Part shown: one piece after another, positions 31,999 through 41,895 of the stretch
Numbering within the stretch: the stretch's first letter is position 1
Layout: each line of letters opens with the position of its first letter
Source of the DNA: an uncultured Clostridium sp.
Lineage (GTDB): Bacteria > Bacillota > Clostridia > TANB77 > CAG-508
DNA length: 64,000 nucleotides
Assembly: GCA_946487895.1 (NCBI GenBank)
Contig: CAMLUO010000001.1
Span: forward strand, 41,540 to 105,539
Direction of reading: 5' to 3'
The notes under the pieces: model-generated
Database searches by the model: none
What the model was told of the DNA's origin: nothing
What the model saw: the letters and a program-made list of their open reading frames with translations, nothing else
Made by a program: the position numbers and the translations under genes

Positions 31999-34338
31999 TT
32001 ATGTTATTTCATATTCATGTACATTGATTGTCTTAATATTTATTTTTGAAAAATCGTTGTCTTTTTCTTCAAAATTAACCATATGAAATTCTTTTTTTGA
32101 TTTTTCTTCTAGTTGTACTTTACTTATATCTACTAGAATTTTAGTTGATAAGTCTTGCCCGACTGGTAAGGTTTTGTTTTGATTGTCGTAAAAAATAATA
32201 TTTGTATAGCTAATTGCATTAATTCCTTTTTTTAAATTTATTTTATATAAATTGATTTTATTTCCTGCTTTTTCAATTATATCATTCATTTCAAATTCTT
32301 CATTTATATTAAATAAATTAAAGTTTCTATTATCAAGTTCTCCATCCATAATCGCTTTATATATAGGTAAATCATCAACTATTACTACTTTCTGAATAGC
32401 ATTTTTGATATTTTCTGCCACTTTTTCTAATGCAAGCTTATATCCTATTTGTTTTGTATTTTTATTTATTTCTAAAATACTATATTTATCTTTTGCTATT
32501 TCTCTGTGCTTTTTATTTTTTATTTTTGATATTTTTGTTTTATCTTGCGCCATTCCTCCAAAAATATCAAATTCTTCATCTGCTGTTAGCATTTTTTCTT
32601 CTTTTGCTTCTTTTTTTATTTCTTTTAAACTATTTTCTATGTCTTTAGGTAAAACTTCATTGTTTTTTACTTTGTTTAAGATTTCAGCCACATTTGTTGA
32701 TAGAATATATAAGCTATCTGTTTCGTCTTTTGTCAAAACTCTCCTTTGGATTTTGTCCATCATTTTTCCAAACTTTTCAAAATCTTCTTCAAAATCAAAA
32801 ACTTTTGTGATTTTTTTAATCGTACTTACTTCTTCAACTTCACCTTCTGCAAGTGCTGCTACTTCATCTTTATTTGTATATTTCCAAAATTCAAATATAC
32901 TTTTTTTATGACTATCTATTTCTTCAATAAATTTTGTAGCATTTTCAATCTTCTTTTTCCTGTTTTTATTTTTTAGTTTTAAAGCATTTATATCCATTAA
33001 TAAATTTTTTAATTCTGTTTCTAATTTTGCTAATTCTTGATATAGCTCTAAAAGCTCTTCGATTGTATAATTATCTTTTTTAGATCTTTTTCTTGTTTTT
33101 TTCTTGATTGTTTTTTCTGGTTTTTCATCATTTATTATTTCTTCTTGTTTTTCTATTTTTTTATTTTTACCTTTTTTACTATACTTAAAATAATATTTAA
33201 ATTTACCAAAAAATGTTTTTTTGCACTCTAAAAATGTTGATATTTGCTTTTCTTTTGCAAGATACTCTATTTCTTGTATTGCTCCTTCTTCTTGTAATTT
33301 CTTTAATTTTCTTTTACTTTCTTCTATCAATTCATTTGCTACATCTATTTTGTCTATTCCTAAATTGTATTCGTTTAATATCCATTGTGGCAATTCTAAA
33401 TATTCCATTTTTATATCTTCAAAATAGAATTCTATTTCTCCATTTTTGTCTATATCTGTCCTAAAATGGAAATAATCTGGAAGTTCTGTTTGTAAAATAA
33501 ACATTGCTTTCAATAGTTTATAAAATTGAGTTGCTTCGTCTTTTGTTTTTAATTTTTTATTGTAATAGCTCTTTACTTTTTCATAAACTTCAGTTTCTCC
33601 AACAATCTGAATAGTTAATTCTTCTTTTTTATCATATACTTCATATATTAAAGGCCAATCTTTAGTAAATAGCCATAAGTAGTTTTCTAAATCTTCAAAT
33701 TCATTTTTCCTTATATATTCACTACTATATCCAACATTTCTAATTGGTACAAATATTTTTCCCGTTCTTCTTTTTTCTAATTGTTTTTTTAATAAAAAGA
33801 AAAATGTTGAATAATCTGATTCTTCAGTAGGTACTAACATAAAATATTTGTCTGTATTTTCTGAATAGTAAATTTGCCATAAATAATTTCCTTCAAATTT
33901 TACTTTGAATGGTATCTTTTTGTTTAGATTTGCTTGTTCTTCTTCTACTTTTTCTATATCTTCTATTTTAACTTGTTTAAGCATTTCTAAAAATTTAGTA
34001 TGTTTTAAAATATTTTCTTCTTTTTTCTGATCTAGATATTCATATAATGGACTTGCCTTTTTATATTTTTCTTCTAGTTCATCTAATCTATTTGTCGGTG
34101 TTAATAATATTTGAATATCTTTTATCGGAACATAGCGATATTGCCTATATTGCTTTTCATCGTAAAATTTAGGAATTCTAAAGTCTAATGGCTCGAATTT
34201 TTTTATTGATGCAGGTATTTTGCTTAAATCTAGTCCTATGTATTCTAATTTCCCCTCTATATTTTCTTGTATCTGTTCTTTTCTAGGCAATTCTCTCTCC
34301 TCCTCATTTAATGATGTCATAAAAATTTTCAAATTCAT
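31999..34338 (-). CDS. Large K/E-rich coiled-coil hypothetical protein (779 aa)
   Basis: A long uninterrupted ORF with heptad-like charged repeats. No catalytic motif I recognise. Confidence 0.5.
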   Translation of the reverse strand: MNLKIFMTSLNEEERELPRKEQIQENIEGKLEYIGLDLSKIPASIKKFEPLDFRIPKFYDEKQYRQYRYVPIKDIQILLTPTNRLDELEEKYKKASPLYEYLDQKKEENILKHTKFLEMLKQVKIEDIEKVEEEQANLNKKIPFKVKFEGNYLWQIYYSENTDKYFMLVPTEESDYSTFFFLLKKQLEKRRTGKIFVPIRNVGYSSEYIRKNEFEDLENYLWLFTKDWPLIYEVYDKKEELTIQIVGETEVYEKVKSYYNKKLKTKDEATQFYKLLKAMFILQTELPDYFHFRTDIDKNGEIEFYFEDIKMEYLELPQWILNEYNLGIDKIDVANELIEESKRKLKKLQEEGAIQEIEYLAKEKQISTFLECKKTFFGKFKYYFKYSKKGKNKKIEKQEEIINDEKPEKTIKKKTRKRSKKDNYTIEELLELYQELAKLETELKNLLMDINALKLKNKNRKKKIENATKFIEEIDSHKKSIFEFWKYTNKDEVAALAEGEVEEVSTIKKITKVFDFEEDFEKFGKMMDKIQRRVLTKDETDSLYILSTNVAEILNKVKNNEVLPKDIENSLKEIKKEAKEEKMLTADEEFDIFGGMAQDKTKISKIKNKKHREIAKDKYSILEINKNTKQIGYKLALEKVAENIKNAIQKVVIVDDLPIYKAIMDGELDNRNFNLFNINEEFEMNDIIEKAGNKINLYKINLKKGINAISYTNIIFYDNQNKTLPVGQDLSTKILVDISKVQLEEKSKKEFHMVNFEEKDNDFSKINIKTINVHEYEIT

Positions 34339-35203
34339 ATCCTTGTTCTCTTAAATATGAAATAATTTGTGGTAATGCTTCTGCTGTTACTTTTTTAATT
34401 GGTGCGTCATGCATTAATATGACAACACTATTTTTATTTTGTATTGTTTCTTGTAGTCTTGTTAGTTCGAAATCAATACTCAAATTATTTGTTTCAGCAT
34501 CACCATTTAAAGCATTCCAATCCACATGTGCTATATTGTTTTGTTTTAACAATTCATTTGCTTGACTTTTTATTTCTGCATATTTACCTCCTACAAGTCC
34601 ACCTGGAAATCTAAACAAATGTGAATTGTATTCTGGCACTCCTATCGCGTTTTTTACAGCGTCATTACATTTATTATATTCATCTAAAACTGCTTGCGGA
34701 CTCGCATAAATATTTTCGTAAATATGTGAATAACTGTGATTTGCAATATAATGTCCTTCATCATAAATTCTTTTTACTACTTCTGGTTTTGCTTCTACTC
34801 TTGACCCTAAAACAAAAAATGTTGCTTTTACATTTTCTTGTTTTAATACATCTAAAATAGTATTTGTTACGCTTGAAGGTCCATCATCAAAAGTCAGAAA
34901 TGCACGTTTTGTATCAGAATGATATATATTTTCTATATTTTGCATTCCCTGCTCTGTTAATTTTGGGATTTTTGCTTGTCTTTCTGCTTCTTCTTGTTCT
35001 TTTAAAATTGACAACTGTTCTTCATATTGTTTATATATTTCATTATTTTTAATTATATTTATTGAATTATTTGCAACAAATATCAGTAGTATTAATGTTA
35101 TAATAATTAATACTACTAATGATATTTTAATTGCAATATTTTTCTTTTTCTTATTTTCTGTGTTTATTAAATATATATTTGGTTCTCTAAATTCATTAAT
35201 CAT
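34304..35203 (-). CDS. Polysaccharide deacetylase (NodB-homology) family protein, membrane anchored
   Basis: An N-terminal TM helix. The FLTFDDGPS and NHSYSH motifs and a later histidine motif (ILMHD) are present. Confidence 0.75.
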   Translation of the reverse strand: MINEFREPNIYLINTENKKKKNIAIKISLVVLIIITLILLIFVANNSINIIKNNEIYKQYEEQLSILKEQEEAERQAKIPKLTEQGMQNIENIYHSDTKRAFLTFDDGPSSVTNTILDVLKQENVKATFFVLGSRVEAKPEVVKRIYDEGHYIANHSYSHIYENIYASPQAVLDEYNKCNDAVKNAIGVPEYNSHLFRFPGGLVGGKYAEIKSQANELLKQNNIAHVDWNALNGDAETNNLSIDFELTRLQETIQNKNSVVILMHDAPIKKVTAEALPQIISYLREQGYEFENFYDIIK

Positions 35204-35232
35204 TTCATTTCTTACATCCTCTTACATAATGT

Positions 35233-35478
35233 TTAATTTGTTTTTTCAATTGTTCTTGTTACGTTTTGATTTGCATTATTATCTACTGTTTGAGTGTTTT
35301 GTATACCTTGAATATAGAATGAATAGCTAATTACTGCAATAAAGAATATTACTACAATTACTAATACTCTAAACACTATATCTCCCAAAGTTGTTTCTTC
35401 CTTGTGTTTTCCTTTTTTCACTTTCTTTTCTTCTTCTTTTTTGTTTTGTAATTTTGTGTCGTCTTTTGTTTCTTTCAT
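35233..35478 (-). CDS. Small membrane protein
   Basis: 81 aa with a K/E-rich N-terminus and one TM helix. Confidence 0.4.
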   Translation of the reverse strand: MKETKDDTKLQNKKEEEKKVKKGKHKEETTLGDIVFRVLVIVVIFFIAVISYSFYIQGIQNTQTVDNNANQNVTRTIEKTN

Positions 35479-35524
35479 GATAAATCTCTCCCTTCATTTT
35501 TTAATAAATTTATTACCTTTATTA

Positions 35525-37105
35525 TTAACTATTTTTCATTGCACTTTTTAAATATTCGATTTCCTCTTCTGGTTTTAATCTCATAAAGATTGGTTCACCC
35601 TTTTCTATTACTCTAGCACTTTCTATTTTGTTGTATTCTCCTTTTAAGCTATTCCAGTTTTTAAGATTTTCATCATTTACACCTATTTGTCTTAATATAT
35701 TATCTGCTGTTTCATTCATAAATGGCTTAATTAATATTGCTATTCTTCTTAAATTTTCAATTAAATGATACATTGATGATTTTAATTGTTCTGTTTTTTC
35801 TTCTTTTGCTAAACTCCATGGCATTGTTTCATCAATATATTTGTTTGTTCTAGAAACTAAATTCCAGATTTCTTGAATACTATTTGCTATTTCATATTCA
35901 TTCCATTTTTCGTCAAATTTATTGATTTGTTCAATAGTATATTTTTCAAATTCTTCGTCAACTTCATTTGGTGTTCCATTATATTCTGGAACTTGTCCAT
36001 CAAAATATTTATTTACCATTGATACAGTTCTATTTAATAAATTACTTAAATCATTACATAGGTCAAAATTATATCTTTCAACAAAACTTTCTGGTGAGAA
36101 TATTCCATCTTGTGATACAGGTAATTCTCTTAATAAGAAATATCTAGTAGCATCTAAACCATATCTATCAATTAGTGTTTCTGGATATATTACATTACCT
36201 TTTGATTTTGACATTTTTCCATCTTTCATCATAAACCAGTTATGAACTAAAATTGTTTTTGGTAGTGGTAGGTCTAATGCCATTAAGAATATTGGCCAAT
36301 AAATCAAATGGAATCTTGCAATATCTTTTCCAACTATTTGTAAATCTGCTGGCCAGTATTTTTTGAATAATGTATCATCTTCTGATAAATATCCGAGTGC
36401 TGTTAAATAGTTTGTTAAAGCATCTACCCATACATATATTAAATGTTTTGGATCTTTTAGAACTTTTATTCCCCAATCAAATGAAGTTCTTGTTATACAT
36501 AAATCTTCTAATCCTGGTTTTATGAAGTTATTTATCATTTCTGTTTTTCTGTAAGCTGGTTTTATAAAGTCTGGATGTTCATCATAATATTTTAGTAATT
36601 TGTCAACATATTTTTTCATGTTAAAGAAATATGCTTCTTCTTTCATAAGCTTTACTTCTCTTCCACAATCTGGACATTTTCCATCAACTAATTGTGTTTC
36701 AGTAAAATATGTTTCACATGGTATACAATACCATCCTTCATATTCACCTTTATAAATGTCGCCTTGCTCCATAAATCTATCAAATATTTTTTGAACTATT
36801 TTTGTATGTCTTTCTTCAGTTGTCTGAATGAAATCATCATATTGTATGTCCATTTTTGCCCATAATTCTTTTGCCATTTTTGCCATTTCATCAACATACT
36901 CTTTTGGTGTTTTTCCAGCATCTTCTGCTTTTTGCTCAATTTTTTGTCCGTGCTCGTCAGTTCCTGTTAGCATGTATGTATCTTCGCCCTTTAATTTATG
37001 ATATCTTTTAATACTGTCTGCTAGTACTGTTGTATATGCTGTTCCTATATGGAATCTTCCACTTGGATAATATATTGGTGTTGTCACATAAAATTTATCA
37101 CTCAT
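35525..37105 (-). CDS. metG: Methionine--tRNA ligase (short form)
   Basis: A P-x-G-x-F-H-I-G-x-A-type HIGH motif (PSGRFHIGTAYT), KMSKS and a zinc knuckle (CPDCG). The true start is MSDKFYV, which has a ggagg RBS. The track N-extension covers repeat 37120-37185. Confidence 0.9.
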   Translation of the reverse strand: MSDKFYVTTPIYYPSGRFHIGTAYTTVLADSIKRYHKLKGEDTYMLTGTDEHGQKIEQKAEDAGKTPKEYVDEMAKMAKELWAKMDIQYDDFIQTTEERHTKIVQKIFDRFMEQGDIYKGEYEGWYCIPCETYFTETQLVDGKCPDCGREVKLMKEEAYFFNMKKYVDKLLKYYDEHPDFIKPAYRKTEMINNFIKPGLEDLCITRTSFDWGIKVLKDPKHLIYVWVDALTNYLTALGYLSEDDTLFKKYWPADLQIVGKDIARFHLIYWPIFLMALDLPLPKTILVHNWFMMKDGKMSKSKGNVIYPETLIDRYGLDATRYFLLRELPVSQDGIFSPESFVERYNFDLCNDLSNLLNRTVSMVNKYFDGQVPEYNGTPNEVDEEFEKYTIEQINKFDEKWNEYEIANSIQEIWNLVSRTNKYIDETMPWSLAKEEKTEQLKSSMYHLIENLRRIAILIKPFMNETADNILRQIGVNDENLKNWNSLKGEYNKIESARVIEKGEPIFMRLKPEEEIEYLKSAMKNS

Positions 37106-37119
37106 TTTTTTCCTCCTCG

Positions 37120-37185
37120 TCCCTTTTGTCCTTTTGGGGACGTTTCTTTTTGGACATTTTTGTCCATTTAGGGACACAATTTCTA
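37120..37185. repeat. GGGGACG / ggacatttttgtcc palindromic repeat upstream of metG
   Basis: The element reads cgtcccttttgtccttttggggacgtttctttttggacatttttgtccatttagggacac. A related copy is at 50285-50345. Confidence 0.6.
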
Positions 37186-37345
37186 ATTTTTTATTCTCTT
37201 TTTTACTAGAACTATCTTATCATAATTAAATAAAAATAGCAATAAATTTTATTGCTATTTCAGGATAAAATATTATTTTACATTGCAATTTATACATAAT
37301 AAGATGTATAATATAATATATTTAACTAAAGAAAGGACTGGTTAT

Positions 37346-38758
37346 ATGCTAGAAAAGTTTATAAATGAAAATAAAGAAAGAATGATAAAAGATTTACAAG
37401 GATTAATACAAATACCAAGCTATTATTCAAAAAGCGATAATCCTAAATATCCATTTGGAGAAAATATAAATAAAGCTTTAGAATACACTTTAGATTTAGG
37501 ACAAAGCTTAGGTTTTAGGACAAAAAACATTGACGGTTATTGTGGATATATTGAATTTGGCGAAGGTGATGAATTAGTTGGAATTATTGGACACCTTGAT
37601 GTTGTTCCTGAAGGTGAAGATTGGACATATCCTCCTTATAGTGGAAGAATTTCTGATGGTTGTATTTTTGGTAGAGGTGCCATTGATGATAAAGGCCCTG
37701 TAATTAGTTCTCTATATGCTATGAAATATGTAATGGAAACAGTAAAAATAAAAAAACGTGTTAGATTAATATTGGGATTAAATGAAGAAAGAAATTGGGA
37801 CTGTATTAAATATTATAAAGCTCATGAAGAAATACCCTCTATTGCCTTTAGTCCAGATGCTGATTTTCCTTGTATTTATGCTGAAAAGGCTGTTCTTACT
37901 CATGAAATAAAAACTGATATTTCTCAATTTAAAAATTTTAATATTAAAATAACTGACATTGATTGTAATAATAATGCTACTAATGTTGTTCCTAAAATTT
38001 GTAGTGTTGTTTTAAGTATTAATACGGATAAGATAAAAACTGAAGATTTTATTAATAATTTAAAATCTATTATTAAGGAAACTAATTTCGAAATTGATAT
38101 TTATAAAATTGATAATGAAGAAATAAAATTAACTTCACATGGTATTTCTGCACATGCTGCACATCCTGATTTAGGCATTAATTCTATTTCTAGATTAATA
38201 ATTATCCTTGATAAAATTTTTAAAGTTTATGGATATACTATTGATTTATTTGACTTTTTCACTAAATATATTGGTTTAGAATTTAATGGTAAAAACTTAG
38301 GAATTGCATTTGAAGATGAATCTGGAAAATTAACTTTAAATGTTGGATATTTTGGAATTGAAAATGGTTTTATGAAAATAAAAATGAATTTGAGAGTTCC
38401 TGTTCATACTGATATTACTAAGATTGGAGCTGCTTTTATAAAGGCTACTTGTGAATATATTAATCTTGACTTTGATACATCACATTATATGCCAGCATTA
38501 TATATTGATCCAAACTCTAGCTTAGTACAATCTCTTTGTAGAATTTATAATGAAGAAACTAATTCTAATTGCAAACCAATTGCAATTGGTGGTGCAACTT
38601 TTGCGAGAGCGTTTCCTAATTGCGTTTCTTTTGGGGCAAATTTTCCTGGTGATAAAGATATGTGCCATCAAACTGATGAATTTATTAGTATTGATAAATT
38701 ACTTTTATCTTGTAAAATTTATGCAAAAGCTATTTTGTTCTTGGGAGACAGGGATTAG
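37346..38758 (+). CDS. pepV: M20-family dipeptidase (PepV/Sapep-like)
   Basis: GHLDVVPEGEDW, GRGAIDDKGP and the C-terminal region HQTDEF match M20 dipeptidases. The last 5 codons (LGDRD) are encoded by the repeat unit. Confidence 0.8.
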   Translation: MLEKFINENKERMIKDLQGLIQIPSYYSKSDNPKYPFGENINKALEYTLDLGQSLGFRTKNIDGYCGYIEFGEGDELVGIIGHLDVVPEGEDWTYPPYSGRISDGCIFGRGAIDDKGPVISSLYAMKYVMETVKIKKRVRLILGLNEERNWDCIKYYKAHEEIPSIAFSPDADFPCIYAEKAVLTHEIKTDISQFKNFNIKITDIDCNNNATNVVPKICSVVLSINTDKIKTEDFINNLKSIIKETNFEIDIYKIDNEEIKLTSHGISAHAAHPDLGINSISRLIIILDKIFKVYGYTIDLFDFFTKYIGLEFNGKNLGIAFEDESGKLTLNVGYFGIENGFMKIKMNLRVPVHTDITKIGAAFIKATCEYINLDFDTSHYMPALYIDPNSSLVQSLCRIYNEETNSNCKPIAIGGATFARAFPNCVSFGANFPGDKDMCHQTDEFISIDKLLLSCKIYAKAILFLGDRD

Positions 38759-38870
38759 GGGACGGTCCTAAAAATCCCTGTTTTTTATTTTATTTGTTAC
38801 AGGTCCGTCTCTCATTCCCTAAAAGTAGGGATTTTTAGGACCGTCCCCTAATCCCTGCAAACAAAAAAAT
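38745..38870. repeat. Inverted pair of the 32-nt GGGGACGG unit separated by about 45 nt
   Basis: The forward arm is cagggattaggggacggtcctaaaaatccctg and the reverse arm is gggatttttaggaccgtcccctaatccctg. Confidence 0.75.
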
Positions 38871-39334
38871 ACCCCGCCTTAGCCGTCAGATACTTGGAAT
38901 TTTTAAGGACCTGCTCCTAAAAACAGGTGGGTGCCTACCTAAATACTCCTGGGCTTCTCACTACAAACGGTGAGCTTGCACGCCATATTTATGAGATCAG
39001 CCCCTCTTATAAATTTGTTGGTTCTAAAAATTCTGTCTATACGCACTACGCAGGGAAAATTAATTACTATTTAATTATTTTAATGTACTCTTTTTTGTAT
39101 CTATTTTTAAGTTATTTATATTTTAGCATATAGTAATTTGATTTACAAATAGCATTTTTTTAGTTTAAAGTGTTTTTCATTATTCTATATTATTTTATCT
39201 CACTTTTTATTAATCATTCTCATTTATTTTAACTTTTTTGAATTTGATTTTTATATAAATTTATGCTAAAATTAGTTAAATTTATGTGGAGATTTTAGGC
39301 TTTATTCACCTTATATAAAGTCTTTTTTTATTTT

Positions 39335-40009
39335 CTACATTACATATAATAATATGCAAAAAAATTGTAAAATACTACCTGCTAAAATAAATAAATGAAA
39401 TACTGAATGCATATATTTATGTTTTTTGCCTAAAGCATATAAAACTGCTCCTACGGTATATGCTATACCTCCAGCAAGTAATAATATAAATCCAGTTTTT
39501 CCTAATAATTGTGGTAATAAATTGATTTTTACAACTATACACCATCCCATAATCAAATAGCATATCATTGAAAATTTTTTATATCTTTTTATATCTATTG
39601 AATTTAATGTAATTCCTAAAATTGCAACTGCCCAAATAACTCCAAAAATGACCCAACCAGTTGCAGTGTCATATTCTCTTAAAGTACATAGTGCAAATGG
39701 TGTATATGAACCTGCAATCAATAAAAATATTGAGCAATGGTCTAAAACCTGAAAAACTCTTTTTGAATACCTTTTTGGACTTAATCCATGATATATGCTA
39801 GACATTGTGTATAAAATAATCATTGTGACTCCATATATTGCTCCGCTAACAACTCCATATACATTTCCATGAATTGCTGCAAATACAACGCATAGAACTA
39901 ATGCAACTATACCAACAGCTGCTCCTACTATATGAGAAGTCATATTAAAAATTTCTTCACCTTTTGTATATGTTGGTAATATTCTATCTTTTAATTTTAT
40001 TCTTGTCAT
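39335..40009 (-). CDS. Hemolysin III / PAQR family membrane protein
   Basis: Seven-TM topology (my estimate). The conserved segment MTSHIVG...HG appears in helix 1. Confidence 0.75.
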   Translation of the reverse strand: MTRIKLKDRILPTYTKGEEIFNMTSHIVGAAVGIVALVLCVVFAAIHGNVYGVVSGAIYGVTMIILYTMSSIYHGLSPKRYSKRVFQVLDHCSIFLLIAGSYTPFALCTLREYDTATGWVIFGVIWAVAILGITLNSIDIKRYKKFSMICYLIMGWCIVVKINLLPQLLGKTGFILLLAGGIAYTVGAVLYALGKKHKYMHSVFHLFILAGSILQFFCILLYVM

Positions 40010-40120
40010 AAACCTTCCCTTTCTTCAATTTATTTTTAATATTATACCACATTTATTATATTTGAAAAGTTTTTTTACAAGAATTTCACATTTCATATTT
40101 AGTATTTTATTTTTCAATCT

Positions 40121-40832
40121 TCACTCTTTTATTTCTTTTGAAAGCTTATCAATTGCCTTAGTCTCAATCCTTGAAACATATGAACGAGAGATTCCCATCA
40201 TTGAAGCTATTTCATGCTGAGTTTTCGGTTTATGACCTCCTATCCCAAATCTTAATTCCAAAATTGTCCTTTCTCTATCTTTTAATACTTCCTTCATTTT
40301 TTCTAATAGTAACTTTATTTTCATTTTGATATCTACTACTTCTTCAATGTTTCTTTCATTGTTTTCTAATACCTCTTGTAAAGTTACTATATTATCATCT
40401 TTGTCTTTTCCAATTGGTTCATTTAAATACACTTCTGCACCTAACTTTTTCGTAGCTCTTAAGTGCATTAAAATTTCATTATCTATGCATCTTGAAACAT
40501 ATGTAGAAAGTCTTGCTCCTTTTTCCATTTTAAAACTATTGACTCCTTTTATAAGTCCAATAGTTCCTATTGATATCAAATCATCTTGGTCAACTTTTGC
40601 TGTACTATATTTTTTTGCAACATGTGCAACTAATCTTAAGTTTCTTTCTATTAATAAATTTCTTGCTTCTTCATCTCCTTGTTCCATTAATTCTAAGCAT
40701 TTTTTCTCTTCTTCACTAGTTAATGGTTCTGGAAATAACGCTCCTCCTTGAATATATCCGAACAACAAAAACTGCTGATTTCAAAAATTCTATAAGTCCT
40801 AAAAGACCCGTCATACAAAGTGATGCAAACAT
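40121..40832 (-). pseudogene. sigK: Sporulation sigma factor SigK (pro-sigma-K) with a 1-nt insertion between the pro-sequence and the mature protein
   Basis: The body reads FPEPLTSEEEKKCLELMEQGDEEARNLLIERNLRLVAHVAKKY..., which matches B. subtilis SigK as I recall it. A good ATG at 40832 has a ggaggtg RBS and encodes MFASLCMTGLLGLIEFLKSAVFVV in another frame. Removing the c in gtt gtt C gga tat joins the two into ...AVFVV|GYIQGGALFPEPL. No skin-like insertion is present. Confidence 0.8.
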
Positions 40833-40974
40833 ATTAGCACCTCCATTTATTCTCATACTCAAATTATATGTTTGAAAAAAATAAAAGTGCCTGACCTTAC
40901 AAATTTGTTCTAAAATGTTTTTTTCTTCATAGTTTTTACTATATAATATTCAAATTTTAATTAGGTGAGGGGTT

Positions 40975-41784
40975 ATGAAATCTTTTTTTATTGATTCTTT
41001 AAAAGGTATTGCTCTTGGTGCTGGAGCTATTTTACCTGGAATTAGTAGTGGTGTCCTTTGTGTTATTTTTGGAATTTATGAAAAATTGTTAGATAGTATA
41101 TTGTACTTTTTTAAAGATATTAAAAAGAATTTTAGATTTTTATTACCTATTTTTATAGGTATATTTGTTGGTGTGTTGATTTTTAGTAATTTTTTACAAT
41201 ATTTTTTGATTACATTCCCTATCCAAACTAATTCTATTTTTATAGGACTTATTTTAGGAACTATTCCTAGTCTTTTAAATAGTTTAAATATCAACTTAAA
41301 AAAGATAACTAATTTTAAATATTTTTTAGCTTTTTTTATATGTTTTTCTATTGGTGTTGGAAGTGTATTATTGGAAAGCTTACTTTCTACCACAAATATA
41401 GAAAGTATAGAAAATGTAAGTTTTCTATACTTAATGTTATCTGGTTTTCTTATGTCTGTTGGAATTGTTGTTCCTGGAGTTAGTAGTACTATAATTTTGA
41501 TGCTACTTGGTGTGTATTCTATTTATTTAACTGGTATTTCTACACTATCTTTTAATGTGTTAATACCTATGGGAATTGGATTAATTATAGGTTGTTTTGT
41601 TTTTATGAAATTTACTAAATTCCTTTTAGACAGATTTCATAATATAACATTTGCAGGAATAATAGGATTTACACTAGGCTCAATCTTTGTACTCTTCCCA
41701 ACCTTCTCATCTGGTATAGAACTTCTAATTATTCTAACTTGCATTATTTTTGGTTTTATAATTTCATCTGTTTTTGAAAAATAA
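40975..41784 (+). CDS. DUF368-family membrane protein (proposed undecaprenyl-phosphate translocase family)
   Basis: A polytopic membrane protein with duplicated halves. GAGAILPGISSGVL and VPGVSSTIILML match the GxSRSG-like DUF368 repeats. Confidence 0.7.
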   Translation: MKSFFIDSLKGIALGAGAILPGISSGVLCVIFGIYEKLLDSILYFFKDIKKNFRFLLPIFIGIFVGVLIFSNFLQYFLITFPIQTNSIFIGLILGTIPSLLNSLNINLKKITNFKYFLAFFICFSIGVGSVLLESLLSTTNIESIENVSFLYLMLSGFLMSVGIVVPGVSSTIILMLLGVYSIYLTGISTLSFNVLIPMGIGLIIGCFVFMKFTKFLLDRFHNITFAGIIGFTLGSIFVLFPTFSSGIELLIILTCIIFGFIISSVFEK

Positions 41785-41895
41785 TAACTATTTAAATTGA
41801 TAAAGTTTTCAGTTTTTTTCTATCAAAAAGTCCAGCTTCTTAAAGCTAGACTTTTTGATTTCAGAGATTCATTTTAAATCCCTTTTCCAATTATT

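Noticed and set aside
38745-38870. Possible CRISPR array made of 32-nt repeats
   Set aside because: Only two copies are present and they are in inverted orientation. Other copies are dispersed singly across the window. There is no direct-repeat/spacer periodicity and no cas genes.
38927-39133. 68-aa ORF in the pepV / hemolysin-III intergenic region. I also considered a tmRNA-like 5' end (ggggctgat on the minus strand).
   Set aside because: The ORF has no RBS and an odd composition. The tmRNA resemblance is limited to 9 nt and there is no tRNA-like 3' end.
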